DNA of 64,000 bases. It comes from Octopus sinensis. Lineage: Eukaryota. The notes beneath the pieces were generated by a model that worked only from the letters and a program-made list of their open reading frames with translations, had not been told where the DNA came from and ran no database searches. This document shows, one piece after another, positions 54,518 to 64,000 of the stretch (the stretch's first letter is position 1; each line of letters starts with the position of its first letter). The position numbers and the translations under genes are program-made. Location: NCBI RefSeq assembly GCF_006345805.1, contig NC_043020.1, positions 30,318,001 through 30,382,000 on the forward strand, given 5' to 3'.

Positions 54518-54562
54518 ATTGCTCTGATGAGATCTATTAAGGTCGAAAGATGTAGAAGCAAT
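54518..54562 (+). ncRNA. Hammerhead ribozyme motif F
   Basis: ATTGCT-CTGATGA-GATC(tattaa)GGTC-GAA-AGATGT-A-ga-AGCAAT; 6-bp stem I with a 2-nt insertion; AGATGT is one change from the ACATGT palindrome. Confidence 0.7.
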
Positions 54563-54728
54563 TTGCCTACTACTACTACTACATAAATATGAAATACATT
54601 AGGGACGATTCTCTCTTCTACAGAAAAAATAAACAGGAGAACCAAATCCACTGATGTTTATACAAACAAATATAGACATATATATAAATAACACACAAGC
54701 ATATATATACATCTCTCACTCTTTCTCT

Positions 54729-54774
<46 letters not shown>

Positions 54775-55959
54775 GGATAGATATAGATTTGCACACACAC
54801 ACACGCGCGCACACACACACGAGTGGCTGGGTGAAAGCTAAATAAACTCAGATGGATGTGAAGTTAAACTCCAACTTCATCCAGAGCCTACATCTGCAGT
54901 TCACTGCCTAATAATAATAATTATAATAATAATAATAATAATGGTTTCAAATTTTTCCACAAGGGCAGCCATTTTGGGGGAGGAGAGGAGTTGATTACAT
55001 CGACCCCAGTGCGTAGCTGGTACTTATTTTATCGACCCTGAAAGGATGAAAGGCAAAGCTGACCTCAGTGGAATTTGAACGTGTGTGTGTGTGTGTGTTC
55101 CATGGAGTCATTGCCCAGTCTGGTTGGAGGCCACAGTGTATATTCTGATGTGCAGTGGTCAACTGCATTGCAGTCTCTCCATTGTCCACTTTGATTCTGT
55201 ATGTCTGTTGAGGACCCACACTGTACCCTCGGGTATGCAATCGTTGGTTGCATGTCATGGCGTGTTGCAGTTTGGGTAAGTTTTCCTCTCTCCACTCACC
55301 CATGTGTCCATATGTGAGTGGATGTGTGAGTGTGAGTGTGTATGAGAGGGAGAGAGAGAGAGAAAGAAGAAACTGATAAACTGGTGCATCAAACAAATTC
55401 CCTTTGTGGTGTTTGTTTCACCCAAATTATCCAGACAATCCCTTGACACTCTCATCATCTGTTATTTGAAACCCGTAACCAAACAGCGTTGATGTTCATT
55501 CACTCCAGTTTGTGACACAGAAATAAACAACTGCCCAGAAATAACTTCCCGGTTGGTTCCTCCTCATTATGTACTAGAACCTCCCTTTCCCCGCTGGAAT
55601 AAATAAAAATAACAAAATAGGAAGAGGAATGGAAAGGAGGGGGGGGGAGATTTTAAGTAGCAGAATATATACAGGTGAGAGGAGGAGAAACTTATGGGAG
55701 AATGAGAATCAGAGGGAGTGGGAGAAAGACTATAAGAGAAAGAATGAGAGGGAGAGGTGGGGGAGAAAGCATGGGGGAGAGGCATGTCTTTTACAGGTTC
55801 ATTGTCCAAAAAGAAATTGGTTTAATAATACCTGTGGTGTTGATAATAAATTTGAAACCTAAAAAACGGGCAACATATGTATGCATGCATATGTGTGTTT
55901 ATATATATACATATATACACACACACACATATATATACATACACACATATATATATATA

Positions 55960-56290
55960 TATATGTATGTATACTATATATACACACACATGTATATACA
56001 TTATATACACGTATGTGTATGTATATATATGTAAATACATATATATATACATATATATATCTACATATATATTTGTGCAAGTATGTATATATATATATAT
56101 ATATATACCTACATATATAAATATATATATATATATATGTATGTATACTATATATACACACACATGTATATACATTATATACACGTATGTGTATGTATAT
56201 ATATGTAAATACATATATATATACATATATATATCTACATATATTTGTGCAAGTATGTATATATATATATATATATATACCTACATATAT
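55960..56290. repeat. Higher-order duplication (~175 bp) of a cryptic (TA)/(CA) unit
   Basis: TACACGTATGTGTATGTATATATATGTAAATAC..TTTGTGCAAGTATG..TACCTAC occurs twice. Confidence 0.8.
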
Positions 56291-56899
56291 ATAATATATA
56301 TATATATGTGTGTGTGTGTGTCTGTGTATGTATACACACACACATACAATGTGTGTAGGTCTGCCTGTGTGTCTTGTGTGTGAGTCTGTACAAATCTGCT
56401 GTTACACTACATTAACATAGGTTATTTTCACTTTCATTTCTACAATGGTGGCCATGGTGGAGGTGGGGGTGGTGGTGGAGGTGTAGGAGGGGGGGGGGCG
56501 CAGCGGTGGCTGTCATAAAGATAAATAAAGATCTGTTGTGTGATTTAACAGAATAGAATTTGTAATTATTAATGTGTGTGTTATGCCAGTTTATCGAGAC
56601 ATTTTATTAGTTCAAAGATCAGACAAGCTTAATCTTTTAGTGAACATACAACAACAACAACAACAACAACACTCAACCCTCTCTCTCTCTTGCACTCCCC
56701 CCTCTCACTAGCTTGCTTTCTTTCTCTCCTTCCTCCCACCACTGCTCTTGTCATCTCTTTCTTTCTCTCTTCTCTCTATATTTCTCCACCTTTTCTTTTT
56801 CTTTCTTTCCTCCCTCACAATTATTCTCTCTTCCTTACTCTCTCTCTCCTCTCTCTCTCTCTCAAGCTCTCTCTTCCTCTCCTCTTTCTTCCCCTGCTT

Positions 56900-56930
<31 letters not shown>

Positions 56931-58169
56931 CTCTATTTCTCCTCCCTATCTATCACAGAAATGAAATGAAGAAAACGAAAAGTGAGTTATGGGGAAAGAA
57001 AGAGAGACAGAGAGATGCAGAGAGAGAGATGGATAAATAGATATAGATAGATAGGTAGACAAGACAGATAGTGTGTGTGTGCGCGTGTGTGTGCTTGGCG
57101 TATAGTTTCAGAATTTCCATTAAAAGATAATAAAGCTGTGTTCCCCCTCATTATTCTAAATACAAAAGCTTCAAAAGAATGACATTCTGAAACAAACAGC
57201 GGCAGCAGAGCAAACCATTATTTTCCAAACTAACTAAATGAAGTCAGTTTGGTGAAAAAAAAAAAAAAAAAACTAAAATAAATTAAAAACAATGGAATAA
57301 ATAAGAATTAAAGAATTAAAAAAATTTTAAAAATGAAAATATAAATAATAAAAAAAACAAAACTAAAAAAAAATCTGTTGAACAGTTAAGAACAACAATG
57401 GAGTTATTTTCCATTCAAGACTCTCTCTCGTTATACGATTTTATCAAATATACATATTCTATGAGAACAATGCTTTGGATGACAAGAGATTATGCTGATG
57501 AAATAAATTTCGGAAAGATTCCTCGAATATAATTTCACATTTCCATATTCTCACAATAGGATTACAGTGGAACTTAACAATAAGATTATTACAAGAAGAG
57601 AACTCTGCAATATTGGCATTTGTTGTTTGGTGGAAGGTTAATTTGGAGTTACACCGAATAACCTTTTTATGTAGAAGAAGAAAATATATTTAATTTTGTA
57701 AGGCAAGAGAAGAAGGTGAGAGGGATTTACCGAAAACAGAACAAAACTGAAATCTTCAAGTTTCAAAGAAAGAATTCTTCAAGGATATTCATAATTATTT
57801 ATGATCTATTTTTCTGTTGTTTGTTGTTAGTATTGTTGTTGTTTAGCCCCAGGTCAGGCTTGATCAAGCAAGTTTATGATCCAGTGTTCTTCTAACCATG
57901 AACCTTTTGTCATTTTATTCAGACACAATATATCTAGGACGACATTATCAAATGTGTCTGTCCTTCCTCATTTAAGATAGTATGGTGGGATTTAAGGGGA
58001 TATTTGGCTGCTATTTGGTTTCAAATTTTGGCACAAGACCACGACTAAGTTCAGGAGATGGGGTCAGTTGATTACACTGACCCCAGTACTCAACTGGTAC
58101 TTATTGTATCAACCCCAAAAGGATAAAAAGTGAACCATGACAGAATTTGAATTCAGAACATAAAAATAT

Positions 58170-58578
58170 GCACAGGTGCGGCTGTGTGGTAATTAGCTTG
58201 CTTACCAACCACATGGTTCCAGGTTCAGTCCTATTGTGTAGCACCTTGGGCAAGTGTCTTCTACTATAGCCTCGGACTGACCAAAGCCTTGTGAGTGGAT
58301 TTGGTAGAAGGAAACTGAAAGAAGCCTGTCGTATGTATGTATGAATGTAAGTATGTATGTTGGTGTGTCTGTGTTTGTCCCCCTAAAATCACTTGACAAC
58401 TGATGCTGGTCTGTTTATGCCCCTGTAACTTAGTGGTTTGGCAAAAGAGACTGATAGAATAAGTACTAGGCTTACAAAGAATAAGTCCTTGGGTCGATTT
58501 TCTCAACTAAAGGTAGTGCTCCAGCATGGCTGCAGTCAAATGACTGAAACAAGTAAAAGAATAAAAGAATAAAAGAAT
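58170..58578 (+). mobile_element. Family C SINE, full length
   Basis: Complete head-core-tail ending in (AAAAGAAT)n. Confidence 0.85.
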
Positions 58579-58659
58579 GGATCTAGTAGTATGTGTCTCT
58601 TGGATAACATTATATAATATGGCTTTCCTTTTTTTTATTATAAAGAATTGGATGAGATG

Positions 58660-58930
58660 AAGGTTGAGCCACCACTTCTCTGTGTAGTCAGGTCACGGTT
58701 CTGGTGCTACAGACATGTGATGAGGATGTTCCAGAAAAGAATTGCAAGACAGATTCTTCAAGCGAAGCTAACTGGCAAAAGACCCAGGCATAGAACTAAG
58801 AATGAGATGCTTGGATGACGTCCATAGTCTCAGCTGGTCAAGCTTGGCAATCTCACCTGAAATTCTAATGATGGTTGCTTCTGATTGGAGCCCACAAAAC
58901 TGCCAGGAGAAGTGGACAGAGAAGACGGAT
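58660..58930 (+). mobile_element. RTE (Expander/Rex3-like) ORF2 C-terminal fragment
   Basis: VEPPLLCVVRSRFWCYRHVMRMFQKRIARQILQAKLTGKRPRHRT. Confidence 0.8.
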
Positions 58931-60029
58931 GGACAGATTAAGATCTGATGGCAAATCAGAGACAAATGACCGGAACCAAGAGACAGGTAAGACTGTGGCA
59001 AAAATGGTTAATTCCTGAACATTTCAGAAAATGAATTCAGCAAAATGAATTTATAAATCCAATCAATTATAATTAGACAAAATTCCATAATTAAAATAAA
59101 AAATAATTTATATATTTATTTTTTGAAATAAATGAACATAAATAAATGTACAAAATATAATAAAAAAACGATTTTATATTTTTTTCTTTTTGTCGAAAAT
59201 TTTTTTGAGAAAAGATTTTAAATGAAATTAAATTCGATATAATTAGCATTTATCTTCTAGACAAAGAGGAAGATGAGGGCAGAAATAGTAGTAGTAGTAG
59301 TAATGGAGGGGGGGTGGTGCTGATAGTAGTAGTAATAGTAGTAGTTGTGGCGGTAGCAGCAGCAGTAGCAGTTAAAAGCAAGGTAGACTTCCTGAAAGTG
59401 ATTCAGTATATCATATATATATATATATACACAGCATTTTCTTTTGCACTAATTATTTAATTTTAGCTAATGAGTTTTGCGAATATCATATATGGATCCA
59501 AGAAAAATAAAATAGACAAAAAATAAAAAAAAAGAACACAAAAAAACAAAGCAACAACAACAAATATAGATATAGACAGACAAGAAATATGAATTCCTGG
59601 CCAAAGCAGAAGACAGAGAATTCTTCTTTACTCAGCAATCTCATCTGTGAAGCTTCAAGATTTAATTAACAATTTCAGTTTTAATTGAATTTCAACACAC
59701 AAAAAAAAAAATACAGAAGAAAAAAGGTAAAATAATGTAAATAAAAAAGTGTAAAAAAAAATCTATAAATAAAAACGTAAAATTTCCTTCATCTAATTAT
59801 ACTTTTCCACAACTAATTTGTGATATTTATAAAAATTAATTCATTTGGATCAACTCGTAGTCTGGCAGAAAATATCCAGGGAAACCAGTCACACCTTGTT
59901 TTCTGATTGTTCAAAGTCATTCATACACCTTTTCACATTTCTTTGATTCTGTTGTACACTAACCACACACACACACACACACACACACACAATGCTCTTC
60001 ACATACAGTGTAGTCAGAGATACCTTCAT

Positions 60030-60500
60030 AGCATTAAGGACACCCTGGCAAATCCAATTCACTAGTCTGAGCCCTATATTGTATATAAAGGGCTATATTC
60101 ATTTATTGACAGCAAGCCATGACATACACAGATCATAACCAAAAGCTCCTAGACATATCAGGTCCCTGGCAGATCAATGCACTGGCCCTAGATCATAATT
60201 GGGTCCCTAGACACATCAGGTCCCTGGCAATACAATGCACTGGGCCCTATATTATTCATTTATCAAATAGCAAACCAAACCCTTTATAGATCATAACCAA
60301 ACCCCTAGACACATGAAGTTCCTAGCAAATCAATGCCCTGGGTCCTTTATTCATTGACAGCAAGTCACAGCATATATAGATCATATCTGGGCCCCTAGAC
60401 ACATTAGGTGCTGAGGTCCCTGGCAAATCAATGCATTGGGCCTTATAGAATTTAGTGACAGCAAGCCACAGTACACATAGATCAAAATTGGGCCCCCTTT
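60030..60500 (+). repeat. ~90-97-bp minisatellite, ~5 units
   Basis: CTAGACA(C/T)AT..GGTCCCTGGCAAATCAATGCA(C/T)TGGGCC units. Confidence 0.75.
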
Positions 60501-60839
60501 AGCTGTGGGGTCCCTGGGTAATTGCCCAGCGTTTCCATGTCTTATGTGGGTACTGATTGTGACCCGCATCTTCGTTTCAAGCATAACCCTTTTCTTATTG
60601 CAGATGTAAGGTTTCATAGCATTTCTGCCACAGAGCCTCAGGTGAATGTCTTCATGAGAATCTGAAACTTTTTCAACCAGGCACAAGCATGGCTGTGTGG
60701 TTAAGAAGCTCTCTTTGCAACCACGGTATTTTAGATTTGCTCTCACAGTGTAGCACCTTGGGTAAGCGTCTTCTACTATAGCGTTGGGCTGACCAAAGCC
60801 TTGTGAGTGGATTTGGTAGAGGGAAACTGAAAGATGCTC

Positions 60840-61550
60840 ATTGTGCATACCCGACAGAGTGTAAGTGCCCTGAGAGAAAAGTTGGACATAAGGAACATCA
60901 AATGTAGAGTGCAAGAGAGACGACTGTGCTGGTATGGTCATGAGTTACGTGTGGATGAGGACAGCTGTGTGAGGAAGTGCCACACCATAACTGTAGAAGG
61001 AACCTGTGGGAGAGGTAGAACCAGGAAGACATGAGATGAGGTGGTGAAGCATGACTTTGAACATTGGGCCTCACAGAGGCAATGATAGGAGACTGAGACC
61101 TTTGGAGATATGCTGTGATTGAGAAGAACTGGCAACTAAAGTGAGATCGAAGCCATGACTGATACCAGTGTTGCATGTCTGGCCCTTTGAAGAGTACCCT
61201 TGATGCACTGGGTGATATGATGTGCTTGAGAAGACCTGTTGAGTCAAGTAAAACCAAAATTGCACCTGTGGCCAGTGCCCTCTGATTGGCTCCCATTCCA
61301 GTGGCATGTAAAATGCATCATCTGAACATGGTTGATGCCAGTGCCCCCTGACTGGCTCCCATGCCAGCGGCATGTAACAAGCACCCACTACACTCTTGGA
61401 GTGGTTGGCATTAGGAAGGGCATCCAGCTGCAGAAACATTGCCAGATCAGATTGGAAGCTGGTGTAGCCGCTGGTTTTCCAGACCTCAGTCAAACTGTCC
61501 AACCCATGCTAGCATGGAAAACTGACATTAAACGATGATGATGATGATGA
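60840..61550 (+). mobile_element. RTE LINE 3' end: ORF2 C-terminus, 3'UTR with tandem repeats, (ATG)n tail
   Basis: LREKLDIRNIKCRVQERRLCWYGHELRVDEDSCVRKCHTITVEGTCGRGRTRKT*DEVVKHD (RRLRW.GH..GRGRPRKTW motif); GTTGGCATTAGGAAGGGCATCC; AAACGATGATGATG tail. Confidence 0.88.
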
Positions 61551-62594
61551 TTATATATATATATGTATGTATGTGTGTGTTACTGTGTCCTTGCCTACAC
61601 CTCATGTGATAGTCGTAAACGAAAGTCACCATCATGTCTTTCATTTCTAATGTTCTGTGGATTGGTCATGGTGGGTGGAGACTATTACGCTGCTTGGAAA
61701 GAAATGGGTGAGTGTTGGTGACAGGAAGGGCATCCGGCTGTAGAAAATCCATCTCAATGAACCCCATCTGACCCCTGGAAGAAGTGGATGTTGAAAAGAT
61801 GACGAGGATGATGATGTCTGTACACACACACACACACACACACAAAAGTATACATACACATTCTCTCCCTCCCTCTCACACACACACACACACACATGAA
61901 AGAGATAGCTTAATAAATCCCTTCCCCTCCCCTATTCCCTTCCGCTGCCTCTCAGCAGTTTCCATCCTAACGAACCCACTGGTGTTAACTACTTCTAAAC
62001 GGACTCGCAATGAAAATTCTAGGGATTAAAATTATTGGTTTAACAATTTTATTCATTTATTTAATTATATTAAACATCATAAGGTAGCCGGGGGGAAGGT
62101 AGGGGTATAAAGAAAATAAAAAAAACATTTCTAAATTTACAACAAAACTAACACAAAAATCAATCCTTGATATAGAATTTTGATCACAAATGATAAACCT
62201 AATTCCCTCATTGAAATATGTTCTTCATAATTAGATTTTTCAATTATTCATTGGTTATTTCTCATTGTGATTGCAATATCTCATTGGAACCAGCCAAATC
62301 TAACGAGCTTCCTATTCTCTTATTATATCTATTTTTGTTGTTGTGGTTGTTGTTATTGAGGCTTCTGACTTTTCCTTATAATTTCAAAAATATGTTATTA
62401 TATCATTTTTAGACTTTTGTGTTATTAATTATCGGCAAATATTTTCTGATATTCTTGAAAGTTTACCAATTTTTATTTTTTTTCACAGATTCCCTTCCAA
62501 TAAAGAAATAGTTTATCTTTCTCAAAATATTTGCAAAATCAATCTATATGGAAATAAAATGCTTAAAATGTTAGACAACGAGTGAGAAGGGGCA

Positions 62595-62625
<31 letters not shown>

Positions 62626-62948
62626 AGTACAAACACATGCATGCACACACACACACACACACACAAGTACACATACATACACACACACACAGAGTAAGGA
62701 TCAAGTTGATTGGAACTGCGCAATAAATTTGGTTCTACTATCAGAACAGAATCACATCATCGGTAATCAGCTGTTATTCTTAAAAATGCTTTTAAATAAT
62801 AACTTTAGTTTAGCAGATTAATGCCATGTGTGTATATAAATATATATTATATACCATGTATTTATATATATAAATATCTATTATATATAATATATAAATA
62901 TATATTTATATACAGACACGCACACACAAAAATGTGTGCATATATATA

Positions 62949-62984
<36 letters not shown>

Positions 62985-62989
62985 CAGAC

Positions 62990-63020
<31 letters not shown>

Positions 63021-63919
63021 CAGACATGTGTGTGTATGTGTGTGTGTGTTGCAAAAGAAAAGGAAAAGCAGATATTAGATAACAAAGAATTATAGTGTAT
63101 CAAGATTTCCAAGATAGCGGCAGCAGAATGGTAAAATGATATTAATGGCATTAGAGAAAGAAAGAAAAAAAAAGACTCAACATTAAAAAAAAAAAAGACA
63201 GGTATAAAAACAAACATAGAAACAGTGAAAAAAAATGTTAAAAGTATATTTTAAAATATCAGGAAATGGTTTTGATTAATGACAGAAGAAATTGTAATGG
63301 AGAAGAGAGTGGAGTACATAATTTTAGATTTCATTTTAACCCCTTCCTGCTCACACACACACACACACGTATACACACACACACACACACACATGTATAT
63401 GCATATTATGAAAGACATTGCGCATGTGTTTGTTTCTTTTACGTTTGAGAATAACCAGGAATTTGTTGGGAAATCTAATCTTTTACCTTTTGGTTGTTTC
63501 AGTCATTGGATTGCAGCCTTAGAAGGTTTTAGTCAAACAAATTGACCCCAATATTTATTTATTTTGTAAGTCTAGAAATTACTTTATCAGTCTCTTTTGC
63601 TGAACTGCTAAGTTACAGGAATGTAAACAAACCAAAACCAGCTGTCAAGCATTGGTGGTGCGGACAAACACAATACAAAGACAAACCTACATACGTATCT
63701 ATAGCAGGTAAAAGTATATCAGAATAAAAGCATAAACAGGTGAACAGCTGGTATCAGGTCCGATTACAACGTTTATATATTGAAACACTGAGATAAAATG
63801 AGGGCAGAATTGAGTGTTACAGGAGTTTGAATCACAGGAAGTTGATACAGGATCAACTGAAGAATGTTCATAATGGTTAAGGTATCTGCTGGTATTCTCT
63901 CAGAATAGTTATATGCTCA

Positions 63920-64000
63920 GTCAAAATTACTGGTATTACTGGTCCAAGGTTGGTCATTGTAGGTAGAATCATAGCTTCACCTAATACCAATAATTTTGAC
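63920..64000. repeat. 19-bp inverted repeat (1 mismatch), 43-nt spacer, reaching the window edge
   Basis: GTCAAAATTACTGGTATTA (63920-63938) and TAATACCAATAATTTTGAC (63982-64000). Confidence 0.8.

Noticed and set aside
936-58578. tRNA genes
   Set aside because: A/B boxes belong to SINE heads; no complete cloverleaf with acceptor stem found.
224-63727. ORF track entries rich in YI/CV/HT/LS/poly-H
   Set aside because: Translations of (TA)n, (TG)n, (CA)n, (CT)n and trinucleotide microsatellites; no protein signal.
1-64000. CRISPR array or prokaryotic systems
   Set aside because: No constant repeats with unique spacers, no operons; the sequence is eukaryotic repeat-rich DNA.

Overview
AT-rich eukaryotic non-coding DNA (intron or intergenic), saturated with (TA)n/(CA)n/(GA)n/(GATA)n/(CAT)n microsatellites and interspersed repeats. 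The repeat repertoire looks like a cephalopod, probably Octopus, genome; this is inferred from recalled repeat families, not from a search. No host protein-coding gene could be supported. Nearly all ORFs in the track are microsatellite or repeat read-through, and the only recognisable peptides are decayed transposon fragments: a CR1 ORF2 C-terminus, several RTE ORF2 fragments and a D34D mariner. Other content: at least three tRNA-derived SINE families (two copies with clean 12- and 17-bp TSDs), a mariner MITE and two piggyBac-like non-autonomous elements. The most notable signal is a set of about six minimal hammerhead-ribozyme motifs from several unrelated short-element families. Most have a self-complementary stem III (dimer type, as known for Penelope-like elements) and are followed by a 50-110 nt tail ending in (TA)n. 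One sits inside an element with a tRNA-like Pol III head, a candidate hammerhead-bearing SINE. Repeat boundaries are approximate unless TSDs/TIRs are given.
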